Part shown: positions 13,672 through 27,000 of the stretch, in pieces | How positions within the stretch are numbered: position 1 is the first letter of the stretch | How the letters are laid out: each line of letters opens with the position of its first letter | NCBI RefSeq assembly: GCF_963506605.1 | Contig: NC_083276.1 | Location: forward strand, 2,790,001 to 2,854,000 | Source of the DNA: Zootoca vivipara | Lineage: Eukaryota | Reading direction: 5' to 3' | DNA: 64,000 nucleotides | The notes under the pieces: model-generated | The model's input: only the letters and a program-made list of their open reading frames with translations | Told to the model about the DNA's origin: nothing | The model's database searches: none | Translations under genes and position numbers: made by a program

Positions 13672-13838
13672 AAGTGAACCCCAGTTTTTCATCGAACAAC
13701 TGTGCAAAGTTGCTTGTTCTGCTGCTCGGGCTGTCTAGAGACCATTGTGGTGTCCACATGCTGCCTTGCACCTGAACACAAGAGGTGTGCACCTGGGTTC
13801 AGGTGCTTATGGGGTATCGCTCAAGGGTTTATTTCAGT

Positions 13839-14368
13839 CAGGACCGGCTCTAGGTAGACCCCCGGTGGCGCAGGGCACCATGGCGCCGGCCGCCAGAAAG
13901 GCGCCGCGAGCTGCACCCGCCCGCTGGCCGGCCGGTCCGCCGGTCCGCCTCGCAGCTGCGCCTGTGGGAGCCGCGCTGCGCCCACCCGCCCACCGCGCTG
14001 GGAAACGGGGCGGGAGGGCGCCAGAGAGATCGCGCTGTGCCTGCCCGCCCACCCGCCACTGCGCCCACCCGCCCACCGCGCTGGGAAACGGGGCGGGAGG
14101 GCGCCGGAGAGATCGCGCTGTGCCTGCCCGCCCACCCGCCACCGCGCTGGGAAACGGGGCGGGAGGGCGCCAGAGAGATCGCGCTGTGCCTGCCCGCCCG
14201 CCCGCCGCTGCGCCCACCCGCCCACCACGCTGGGAAACGGGGCGGGAGGGCGCCGGAGAGATCGCGCTGTGCCTGCCCGCCCACCCGCCACCGCGCTGGG
14301 AAACGGGGCGGGAGGGCGCCGGAGAGATCCGGCGCACCACAGCGGCAGGGGCGTTTAAGACGGCCCTG
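13839..14368. mobile_element. hAT MITE with internal GC-rich minisatellite
   Basis: CAGGACCG...CGGCCCTG; TSD ATTTCAGT; five ~62-78 bp units CGCTGGGAAACGGGGCGGGAGGGCGCC(A/G)GAGAGATC at 13975-14335. Confidence 0.85.
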
Positions 14369-14739
14369 ATTTCAGTTCTAGTATTAGTAAGTGCATTTAT
14401 ATTCTACATTTTGTTGTTTATTTGAGGCATTGCTTTTCTCATTTGTTGCATTTCCATTCCACCTTTTTCTCCAAGGTGGCCTCAACAGCACAATGTCCAC
14501 AAAGCATCCAACCAGAGTCCTTTGTGAATTGTCTCATCCTCTTTTAAAGCCACCCAAGTTGCTGGCCATCACTGCCTCCTGTGGGACGGAGTTCCACAGT
14601 TTAACTCTGAGCTACATGGAAAAAAGCACTTTCTTTTTATGTAATGCGCCTCCCTCAGCCATGTCCTCCATTACCCACGTGGACCCTCCTTCCTTGGAGG
14701 TTTTTAAACAGAGGTTAGGTGGCTATCTATCATGGATGC

Positions 14740-15321
14740 AAAATAAAAAAATTCCTTCAGTAGCATCTTAAAGACCAACTAAGTTTTTATTTTGGTATGA
14801 GCTTTCGTGTGCATGCACACTTCATCAGATACACTGAAACAGAATCCACCAGACCCTTATGTATATTCAGAGGGTGGGGGGTGGGAATGGGTGATGGGCT
14901 GATAGGAGTGGTAAACCTGTTGATGGCTGTTAACGACTGCTGATGACTGCAATTGGTCCTGCGGGGGGGGGAGCAAGGGCTGAGGTGCTAAAGAAAGCTA
15001 GATCATGCATAATGAGATAAGAATCCAATGTCTTTATTCAGACCTGGTCTCTCCATAGTTTTAAGCTTGGTAATAAGTTGCAGTTCAGCAACTTCTCTTT
15101 GCAGTCTGTTTCTGAAATTTTTCTGTAATAAAACAGCTGCTTTGAGATCTCGTATAGAATGTCCTGGGAGATTGAAGTGTTCTCCTACTGGTTTCTCTGT
15201 CTTGTGGTTCCTGATGTCAGATTTATGTCCATTTATCCTTTGGCGTAAGGTTTGGCCTGCTACTGAAGGATTTTTTTTATTTTGCTTCGACTCAGACCAA
15301 CACGGCTACCCACCTGTAACT
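14740..15321 (-). mobile_element. Penelope-like element with inverted terminal piece
   Basis: Minus strand encodes GQTLRQRINGHKSDIRNHKTEKPVGEHFNLPGHSIRDL...GFLSHYA* (GIY-YIG); inverted tail 15258-15321; flanking duplication TCATGGATGC inside a CR1 tail. Confidence 0.85.
14795..14832 (-). ncRNA. Minimal hammerhead ribozyme (PLE), CUGAUGA core
   Basis: Reverse complement GTATCTGATGAAGTGTGCATGCACACGAAAGCTCATAC. Confidence 0.8.
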
Positions 15322-16412
15322 AGTGTCATGGATGCTTTAGCTGAGATTCATGCATTGCAGGGGGTTGGACTAGATGACCCTAGGGTTCCCTTCCAACTCT
15401 ACAATTCTATGATTCCCTAAACTACAAAGCCCCAAACCTTGTATCCTTTCCTCCTAGGTGAGTTGCTCCAGCGCCCTGACCATTATGGCTCCCTTAACTG
15501 AACCTGAGGCTGCCCGTTTGCAGCCCCAAAGAAGGGCAGCATCCATATACTTGATCTTTTAAGCCCCCCCCCTCAAATGCTGATGCCTAAACGCTTCTTC
15601 ATCTGCGTGACAAGTCTGCCACCTACCTTCAGAAGTCAGGCACAAGGATCAAAGCAGAAACTCTCCCTCTTCAGATGATCTCATTTAATTTCAGTTCAAC
15701 ATATGCGCCCATGGGATTATTAACCCAGCATGCAGCGGCTGCAGAATTTTTATTGCCACAGATAATAGATGTCTCCTTTTCCTCTGTTTTAAATTAAAAT
15801 AGTGATTTGACCATTAGCCCACTGTTTATATTACCCTGCACGGAATATTGATTCGGCTGTTGAAAGCAATTGGCAAAGCCCAGAGCATGGGCCAACCAGT
15901 GTTTAAGATGCTGGGGGCAGGAGGGGGAACCATCTGAACCTCCCAGAACTACTCCTAGGCTTTATTGATCAGGGGGTGGGGGCAAGAGGGGCCAGGTAAG
16001 GAATTTTAGAATGTCAGATCCATGCTATGGCCTTGGCTGCCCCATTCCCCCACCCCCCAATTATTCAGAGGTCTCCTGCTCCCTCCAAAGATTCCAACCT
16101 CATTCCCTTGCCACCCCTTTGGCCTGGCACTGTCTCCCCAAGCACCTGGGTGAAGCCATTGCAAGGGGCTGGACTAGATGATCCCTGGGGTCCCAACTCC
16201 ACAATTCAATGGTCTTTCTCTTTCTTCTGTCAAATGCCTCCAAGTAACTCATTTTTTCAGTGATTATGGACTGAAAAAGAAGAGCCTGCTGGATCAGGCC
16301 AATGGCCCACCTAGTTCAGCATCCTGTTTTCATAGTGGCTGAAACCCACAAGCAGGACCCAAGCAAAAGAGCCCCCTCCCCTCTTGTGGTTTTCAGGAAC
16401 TGGTATTCCAAA

Positions 16413-16869
16413 CAGTGCCGGATTTATGTATACGCTAAACAAGCTATAGCTCAGGTTCCCACTCTCTTGGAGGCCCCCCCAAAAAATGTAAAGGAAAAAA
16501 TACCTGGGTGTACATTTCTAAAATATAAGATAAAAACAAATAAAATAAAACAGAACCTACAGAACAGTGTTTTGTCCTGTATAGGCTCCTATGATGTAAG
16601 TCATGGACCCCGCCTGCTAGTCTGCTCCCTAAAATATATAGAGAAATGGTTTGCTCCTTTCTATATATAGGGTGCCTACAGTCTGCATGGACTTTGCACG
16701 GCAACATGTGCAAATGGCTCGAGATACCTATTAGGTCCATCAATTACCATATAGCATATATTCAAGACAAAAAAGCGACAATTTGTTGTTGACAAAGGAC
16801 AGCTAGACATATAGAGAGCCCCATTACCTTCAGTAGCTTAGGGCCTCATCAAACCTAAATCCGGCCCCG
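16413..16869. mobile_element. hAT MITE
   Basis: CAGTGCCGGATTTA...TAAATCCGGCCCCG; degenerate TSD ATTCCAAA / ATTCTGAA. Confidence 0.7.
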
Positions 16870-18191
16870 ATTCTGAAGCATTACTGCAGAGCCCTCATGG
16901 CTAAAAATCATGGCTAGCCCTCTCCTCCACAAATCTGTCTGATCCTCTTTTAAAACCCTCTAGGTTGGTGGCCATCACTGCCTCATGTGGAAGAGAGTTC
17001 CGTAGTTTAACTCTGCGCTCATTTGCTTGCACAAAGCAGAGGTTAGACTTTATCCGTTTTTTTACTGAGTGTTCCTTTGGAGTTGTTTGGTGGGGAAGTT
17101 ATTCTGCAAAGCAAATTCATCCTGATTCGGGTTGAGGGGTGTTTATACATCGAAGAACCATTAATTATCCTTCCACCCACCCCACCCACTTTTGAAGGCC
17201 CTTCCCATCACTTCCCTTGTCTGGTTCTTTCCTAAAGTGGATTTGTTACGCAAGGGCAACAAAGAGAGTTCATCTTACTACTTCAACTGCACAATACTCA
17301 ATTTCAGATGCCCTTAAATCGCTCCCACAAAATGTTGGCAGTTTCTGGAGGCACGAAGGGACTCCAGGAGAAGGCATCAAGAAGACCAGGGCCCTGCAAG
17401 GGTGATCATCAGGGATGATGGGACTTGTAGTCCCAAACATCTGGAAACCAGTTTAGAGACAGCTTCAATGGACCGTATCTGGGAATCGGAATTTACATTG
17501 TTGGGGGATCACGCTATTACCCATTTCTAAATAAAAGTGAGCTTGCGTATTTACCTGTGGTTACGGTTACAGAAGGGCTTGTCTGTCTCTGCAACTTAAA
17601 GATCCTAAAAGCATTTTCCCTCTCACCTTCCTATGCCGGAGCGCCAGTCCGGGTGCGCTGCGCTGACCCCTGCTGGCGGCGCCGGGGAAGTGCGCGCGGC
17701 CCGAGCGGCACTTCCTGGCTGTGGCCAGGAGGGAGCGGTCGCGCAGCGCTCTCGGGTCCTTGGGAGGTCTTGGGAGAAATGCAGCTCAACGGGGCCAGAA
17801 AGGGCTTGCAGAGCGCCGTGCAAACTCCCTTTCCCGCCCCGCAGTCCCCGCCACCCGCGGCATCCCGAGATCTCCGTGCCCACGGGGCCAGTGGCTTTTC
17901 CTGCGGGCTGAGGAATTCCTGCAAGCGGCTGGGGATTATCCTGGGGGCCAAGGCATCCTCGGGAAGGGTTGGGCGGCGATTTCCCTGGATGGAATAAATG
18001 CATTTGCTATTGCTCTTTCTGTAGCGTCTCTCTCGGAATCGCCCTTACTAGACCAATGGTTGTTTTTTATTATTATTATTAGTTCTAGCAGCAGCCCAAG
18101 TTCCTTGCGCCTCCTCTCTCTGAACTGCGCTTATTGATATTCTTCATATTCTTATTTTGTTGCATTGAATTGAACTGAGCTGAGCTGCAGC

Positions 18192-18493
18192 AAAAGAATC
18201 TGGGTTTCGCTGTGTTGCCCAGGTAAGGCTGCAGCGGCTATTCACAGGCGCGGTCCCACTACTGATCGGCACGGGAGTTTTGACCTGCTCCGTCTCCGAC
18301 CTGGGCCGGTTCACCCCTCCTTGGGCAACCTGGCGCGCCTCGGCTNNNNNNNNNNNNNNNNNNNNNNNNNNNNNNNNNNNNNNNNNNNNNNNNNNNNNNN
18401 NNNNNNNNNNNNNNNNNNNNNNNNNNNNNNNNNNNNNNNNNNNNNNNNNNNNNNNNNNNNNNNNNNNNNNNNNNNNNNNNNNNNNNNNNNNNN
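18192..18493 (-). ncRNA. RN7SL: 7SL (SRP) RNA gene, copy 1; 5' half hidden by N-run
   Basis: Minus strand of 18196-18345 reads CCAGGTTGCCCAAGGAGGGGTGAACCGGCCCAGGTCGGAGACGGAGCAGGTCAAAACTCCCGTGCCGATCAGTAGTGGG... (SRP S-domain helices 6-8 and 3' Alu strand), followed by TTTT. The 5' end is estimated from a ~300-nt length and falls inside Ns 18346-18509. Confidence 0.93.
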
Positions 18494-18509
18494 NNNNNNN
18501 NNNNNNNNN

Positions 18510-19685
<1,176 letters not shown>

Positions 19686-21262
19686 ACACCTGTCCACCCA
19701 CAGAGATGGCCTGAAGAGGACGGCAAACATGGAAGCTGCTTCGGCCGGATGAGACCCTCTCGCCGCACATAAGATGCTTTTGTGTACAGAAAAATAAAAA
19801 ATAGGGACTTGTTGGCCCAGATTCTCAAACTCTGGTGTGTGATGTTCATGATTTGGCATAGTTCTATAGTCATAGCAAATAGCGCTTGGGAAAGGAGGAG
19901 GTGGCAGGGGTGGATTCCAGCACCCAAAAAGGGGCCTTGTCATCTGCCTTGTCATCTTATGACCAGTATCCATGGTATGAGTTAGGGGCCTAACTGAAGA
20001 GGAGTCTTAGTTACAGAGAGACTCCTCTGTTTCCCGACTGTTCTTTTTGTACCTGGTTGCTTCTCATAACAACATATAGGAGTCCTGCAGCTGCTTCAGG
20101 CTAGTGGCAGCCTTGCTGTCCTCACAGGGGCCAACCAGGCACCTACAGTATGGGAAGCCTTTAAGCTAGCAGGACCTTCCTGCAGTTTCCAGCAAGTGGG
20201 TTGGACCCAGGGTATACGTTTCAGAGGTCCTGCTTTCTCCAGGCAGGGGTGGGAGTTGTCACCTTCGTAATCAACCTCACACTCCAATCTAAATGAAGGG
20301 TTAAATTCCCAAGTTTTTGTGCTTTATATAAAAACAAATTACTGCCAATTTTACAAAGCAGATTTATTGTATGATCTAAAGGGGTTTGTTGTGGGTGTTT
20401 GAATTTTGATAAGGTGATCTACGCAACAGCCAGTAGATGGCAGGAGAGAGAGATTATACCCACTATTCTATGTATGTATGTACGGTACTGTATATCTAGA
20501 ATTTTTAAACTCTGGAGTTGTAGCGATGAGAACTGCTGGAGCTCAAGGCAGCTAGGAAGCATTTTTCTCTATTGCAAGATTGGGGGGAGTGAGTAACAGG
20601 GAAAATACATTTTGCAGGTGCTAAAATGAATGGGTAAAGCAACTGTAAAACAGGCAATGAAACACCAGTGGAACCACTTCAATTTGAAGTCTGACTGTCA
20701 TACCAGACTGTGTTGGAGGATCTCACCACAGATTGGTGGGAGTCTTCCCCAGAAATCCACATGTTGAAGGGGCAAAGCTTGGAGGTCCTGGGTTCAAGTC
20801 CTGACCTCCGAGTAGGCTGAGGGAGGACTCTGCCTGAAACTGGAGAGCTGCTTTCCACCACTCTGAGCTAGAGTGATCAATTGTTTCAGTGGTTTTCAAC
20901 CTGTGTGCCGTAGCACCTTAGGGTGCCTTGAAGGATGGTCAGGGGTGCAATGGGCAACACTGGCCTCTGTCCCTCTTTCCTTCCCTCCCTACTCTGATGC
21001 CCTCTCTGCCTCCCCAAGGCTTGTTGCAGCAGCCCTGGCTACAAGCTCCACAGGCGAATGGTGCCTCTGGGGCTGGCCAGGGGGTGCTTCACGGGCCCCT
21101 GTGGGGCAGTGTGAGGAGGTACCTCTCTTTGGGGCAGGGGAGGCAGCTGTGACTGTCCAGAGGACTTCCTTGGAGAGGGGAGAGAAGGCTGAGGGAACCC
21201 TCCACAAGGGTTATTGGTATGTTTTTGTTTGATTATGCCCTGGGATCTTTGGGATGCTTTTG

Positions 21263-21500
21263 AGAGCCAGTGTGGCTTAATGGTTGGAGAGTCAGACTGG
21301 GACTTGGGAGACCAGGGTTCAAATCCCCCACTCAGCTATGAGCTTCACTACCGGTAGGTGATCTCAGGCACCGGTCACTGCTTTCTCTCAGCTAATCCTA
21401 CCTCGCAGGGTTGTTGTGCAGGATTAATAGGAGAGAGAACCATGCACACTGCCTAGAGCTTCCTGGAGGAAAAGGAGGGGTATAAATGCAATAAATAAAT
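21263..21500 (+). mobile_element. tRNA-derived squamate SINE (similar copies at 26025-26235, 28365-28610, 62450-62660)
   Basis: A/B-box head GTGGCTTAATGG...GGTTCAAATCCCC; AATAAAT tail. Confidence 0.7.
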
Positions 21501-22639
21501 AGGTAAATATTGTTTGCTAACCGGGGGGGGGGGAGGCTTCGGTCTCCTAAGCTCTTTCTCTGATATCCAACCCTTTTAAATTCAGCTTCTGAAAATAGTG
21601 CTCCACTGCCTTCCTCTTCTAACATCTTCAGTTTGTGTCTGTGCCAAATTTATGGAACACCTAGAAATAAATGCCTTTATCAGCTCCAAGCCATCCTAAC
21701 ACCCTCCTCTAGCTGGGACCAGAGCTGGATTTAAAGGCAGAGCATCAAGTCAATATAACATCCAGGGGCTTCCCAAAAGCCATTAATGGAATATGCCACG
21801 GAAGGTTGCAAAAACAGCTGCAGACATATGCAGGACTAGCCCATGATCAGGCAGGGGAGAAGAGCAGAGAAGTCTGGCTTCTGGATCCATCCTCTTCTGA
21901 CAGACACTCCCAACAGAAAGAAGCCCACAAGCAGGACTGGAACAGCAGCAAATCTCTCCTGGCTCCTGATTCAGCAACTCACATTCATGAGCTCCTGCCT
22001 CTTGTTTCTGTGTGGATGTGAGACTGTGCAATACCAGCCATGCTAAAAGTTACAGGGTGATATCCAAATAAGCCATCCGTTCATTTCATTTCCACGGGCC
22101 CCATTTTGACCATGATTAATGTCTGTAGAATCGTATAGTTGGAAGGGACCCCCAAGAGTCATCTAGTCCAGCCCCCTGCAATGCTGGAATCACAGCTAAA
22201 GAATCCTACATTGCTTTTGCTGTTGGGTGCAAGGGAATACATTATGTCGATCATTTAAATGCCCTGCTGTCTCCCAAAGTTGGAGGAAAGAATCGTTAAG
22301 ATAACAGAAGCAATTAATAAACAGAGCATCAGAATATGAAACGGCACGAGAAAAGAGCAAAAGGGTTGAGAGCAGGAGGGGAATCGCTCACAGGCCAAAG
22401 AGGACTTTGCATCACAAAGTGTAGCAAGGTTTTTAGCTGGGGCAATCAGAATAAAATGCACTTTTTGACTATTGATTCAAAACCGTAAAATGTATTTTAT
22501 ATAATTGACTTTTTATTTCTATTCTTTGTGTATCGCATTGTTGTTTTATCGCTATGGCCGATGGCTGGCGCAAATAAAGATTCATTCGTTCATTCATTCA
22601 TTCACAAAGAGCAGCCCTTGAGATCTCTCCATTGTCCTG

Positions 22640-22730
22640 CATGGGAAGATTTCACTTCCGTTCCGGAGCGAAGGAAGGAAACGAGCCCGGAAGTGGAGCT
22701 CCAGACAAAAAAAAAAACCTGCGGTGACTC
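22640..22730 (+). promoter_or_regulatory. Putative promoter / non-coding first exon of the SCAN-ZNF gene
   Basis: ETS motifs CACTTCCG 22653 and CCGGAAGT 22687; candidate donor GCG|GTGACT at 22724, ~1.3 kb before acceptor 23984. Confidence 0.4.
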
Positions 22731-24048
22731 TATCCTTTTCCTATCTCTATGCGAAGCCGTGGATGCTGTTTCTGGGATGGGGAAGGATTGCTACTAAACA
22801 GCGCAGCAGCAGAGAAAGAGCCGGACCAGGGAGGAAGGAAGGAAGGGGGGGCACGTGCAGAGGTGAGATGCATTGCAAAGAGGGAGGGAGAGGACAGAGG
22901 GTGGCCAGGTCCATGCAAGAAACCCCCCCCCGGCCATTCAGTCATTCTTGCAAACCCCCCCCCCCCAATGTAAGACGCCACCTGTGCAGCATCAGTGACT
23001 CTGTCTGGGGAGGGGGCGCTTTGCAACGATAGGGGAGAGATCTAGGCCCTTGGGAACCCCACTGGGGTGGAAAGGGAGGGGGGCAGAGACGGTTTGTTTC
23101 TGCATCTAGCTAGCCCTGGCTATTATTATGTATTTTATGTTTTCATACTGTGGTTTTATCTTGCAAACCACCCTAAGACCTACAGATATGGGGCGGTATA
23201 GAAATGTAAATAGATTAAATAAGGCCAGGGCAGAGGAGGGGTGTGTGTGTGTGTGTGTTTAGAGAGGCAACTCCATGGAAAGGGGCAGGTTAGGGAGCGC
23301 CCTGACCCATGCATCCCAGGTGGGGGACCATTGACTTTACTCTGCAGAAAGCAGCTTTGCACGCTCCCAGAAGGATCCGCCCTCCATGCCGGGCAAGGCA
23401 GAGATAGCTCAGCACCCTCCTGCCCCCCTCCCTGGATGTCCAAAAGGGCAGTGGCATCATAGCCCTTTCTTCCCGGGAGACATGTGTCCAAAACTGGAGA
23501 GGGAGCAGCCATCTGCCCTTGAGGTCCTCAGCCGGAGAGGCAAAAGCTGGTTGCTGTGGGTGGATCTCACCTTCCCAGTCTTATTCTGCCCTAGCCAAGA
23601 TTTTGAGGGATTTGAGCTGGAATGTTTCTTCTTCCCCTTTGATCCATAGGAGGCCTATCTGACCACTGCCATTCCCACCTCCTTTTCTCCTCTTTGATCC
23701 CAAGATGTTGAATCTGGGCTTGGGAAATGGTTCACTTTGGAATTCACTCTGAGTGCTCAAACAGCAGAAAAGAGACTGTAGTTGGATAAAGTTCTGCCTG
23801 CATTTACAAAATAAATAGGGTGGGTTTTTTTGTTTTTTAAAAATCTTTTGGAAACCCACTAAAACAGGCACAATGTCCATGTTGTTTGCTGTATGGCCAG
23901 TTTGTTTAAAAATAAAAGGTGAAGGGTTTTCTGGAGGCGGAGAGCTCCTTTTGTTCTAATTCTGCCTTTCCTCTTCCTTGACAGGAGCTCAGCACAGCTG
24001 TCCAGATTGCTGTCTTTTATTCCAGAGCTGCTGGAGTTATTGGCGAAG

Positions 24049-27000
24049 ATGAAATTGGAGGAAGAAGTCGCGACAGGATGCGCCCCGGAGGAAGCGCTGG
24101 AGGGAGCAGGAGGAAGAGGCCTTCAGGAGGACCCGGACACTGTAGACTGCAAACCCAAGATGGAGGACAGAAGGCAGTCCCCAGAAGCAATGAGATCCCC
24201 TCAGAAAGCCACTCCGCAGCCCGTGAAAGAGGAGCCGGAAGAGGGCTTCTCCCGCCAGTGGGAATCCCAGTGGCAGGACTTCCTGAGGACGGTGGAGCCC
24301 CCTTGCCAGGGCCCGGAAGCCCAGCCTGAGGAGCCCACCCCGTGGGGCGACACAAAGGCCTTCCTGGCCTCTTTCGAGCAAGTAGCCGCAGCCTGCCGCT
24401 GGCCCCGGGAGGAGTGGGTAGCGCGGCTATTGCCGGCCCTCCGAGGAGAAGCTGAGCTGGCCTTTGGCTTGCTGGAGGGCAGAGACCGGGAGGACTACAG
24501 GAAGGTGAAGGCGGCCCTCTTGCGCAGAGATGCTCTCGGCCGGGAGAAGCAGCGCCAGCACTTCCGGCGCTTCTGCTATGGGGAGGCCAAGGGCCCCCGG
24601 GACGTCCATGGGCGGCTGCAGGATCTGTGCCGCCAGTGGCTGGCCGTCGAGAGGCACTCCAAGGAGCAGATCCTGGAGCTGCTGGTCCTGGAGCAGTTCC
24701 TGAGCGTCCTGCCGCCCGAGATCCAGAGCTGGGTGAGGGAACGGGGCCCCGAGACCTGCTCCCAGGCAGTGGCCCTGGCCGAGGACTTTCTGCTCAGGCA
24801 GCAAGAGACCGAACGAGACGGAAGCCAGGTGATTTCTCCGCAAAGTTCCTCTGCGGTGGGACTTTCTGGATCTGGGTCCAGAAAGCACACCCTTCAGGTC
24901 TAGTTTTTGGGTACAGCTGTTCCCACAGCCTGGCCTGGCCTGACCGGCACAGTTGCCCCACAGAGTAAATAATAGGACAACCCAAATCTATATGCTCAAG
25001 TTTGCATTGCATTCCTATTTTCCTTTCCTTCCAATATAGGTAGGATAGCCTTATTGGTTAATAATAATAATGATAATATTATTATTTATATCCTGCCTAT
25101 CTGGGTGGCTTCAAACATACAGGTGAAACTCGGAAAATTAGAATATCGTCGAAAAGTGCATTTATTTCAGTAATGCAACTTATTATTTTTTATTTTCCTT
25201 TTAATTTTTACAAATGCTTTCTTTTGGAAATTCTACAGTAATTAAACAAATAGTTACAATAATACAAAAATAAACATCGCTATTACATTTCATTAATTAC
25301 ATTCCATTTATAATTGACCTGCCTAACGACAAATAATTACAATTACAACAAATAAAGGCTTGACATATCTTGCTTTGCATGTAATGCATCTATTACTGAA
25401 ATAAATGCACTTTTCGACGATATTCTAATTTTCTGAGTTTCACCTGTGCAATATTGTTGTTTAGTCGTTTAGTCGTGTCCGACTCTTCGTGACCCCATGG
25501 ACCAGAGCACGCCAGGCACTCCTGTCTTGCACTGCCTCCCGCAGTTTGGTCAAACTCATGTTCGTAGCTTCGAGAACACTGTCCAACCATCTCGTCCTCT
25601 GTCTTCCCCTTCTCCTAGTGCCCTCCATCTTTCCCAACATCAGGGTCTTTTCCAGGGAGTCTTCTCTTCTCATGAGGTGGCCAAAGTATTGGAGCCTCAG
25701 CTTCAGGACCTGTCCTTCCAGTGAGCACTTGGGGCTGATTTCCTTCAGAATGGATAGGTTTGATCGTCTTGCAGTCCATGGGACTCTCAAGAGTCTCCTC
25801 CAGCACCATAATGCACTTGGAAGTTTTTAGTGTTTGATGATTTATTATGTCTTTATATATTATGGTGCAATATATAAAGATATAATAAATCATCAAACAC
25901 TAAAAACTTCCAAGTGCAGGGCTGCCTTCAGATTTTCTTCTAAAGGTTATATAGTTACTCATCTCCTTGACACCTGTTGGGAGGGCATTCCACAGGGTGG
26001 GTGCCACTACCAAGAAGGCCCTATGTAAATTATTATTGCACCTTTTCCTCCAAGGAGCTCCAGGCAGCGTACATGGCTCTGCTTGCCATTAATCCCCCAC
26101 ACCAACAACCTTGTGAGGTAGATCAGGCTGAGAGGCAGAGACTGGCCCCTCAAGGTCACCCACTGAGCTTCCTGGCCAAGTGGGGATTTGAACCCTGGTC
26201 TCTCATGTCCTAGTCTGACACTACAACACTCTGGCTTTATGATCAGCCGTGGTCGCCAACCTTTTTGGGACCGGTGGGCACATTTTGAATGTTGAGAAAG
26301 TGCTGTGGGCTTCCATGGGGAGTGTGGTGTGACATAATGCAAAATTAGAAAGAATACTCTTTTCTCTCGCCCACAATCTTACGCTTGCCATGCAGTCATC
26401 CAGGTTTTGCTGGTCCTGATTTCACATATATACACACATGCATGCAGTATGCAAGGACCACTGACAAACAGCCTCTCTCAGAAACACTCATGCACATATT
26501 GTACCTCTGTCTCTCTCGCACACTGCAAATAAACCTCTTCCTCCCTCTCTCAGTCGCACCCACAGAGCAGGCTGGAGAAACCCATCACCCCATTGAATTT
26601 CCTACAAATTCATGGGGGTTGCCAACCTCTTGCCCAGAGAGGCCTCTGCATTAGCGTCCACTGAGGCTCCTGCTCTTCCCCCTAAGCCCTCCACCTGGCC
26701 AATTGCCCCAGTCAGAAAGCCTCCAGGAGCTCCTTCGCTCTGTCCTGCTGGAGCTGCCCCTCCAGCTGGGGGCCAGTTGCTGTGGGTGGGCGATAATCAG
26801 GCTTCAAATTCATGGAGACAGGCAGCCTGTACCTGAGCCCCCAGTGTGGCCATGGGGCTGCCAAGTCGAGATGGGGAGAGCGAAGTGGGCCTCAGGATCT
26901 AGAGGGGGGGGGGTCCCTGTTCTGAAAAGCTTCCTTGCTGCTCTTGCAGGTGGTGGCTGTGAATTTCTCCGAGGTAGAAAATGCTCCTGATGGTGGGGAA

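Noticed and set aside
13745-14425. Several 110-226 aa ORFs on both strands
   Set aside because: Stop-poor GC-rich minisatellite within a MITE.
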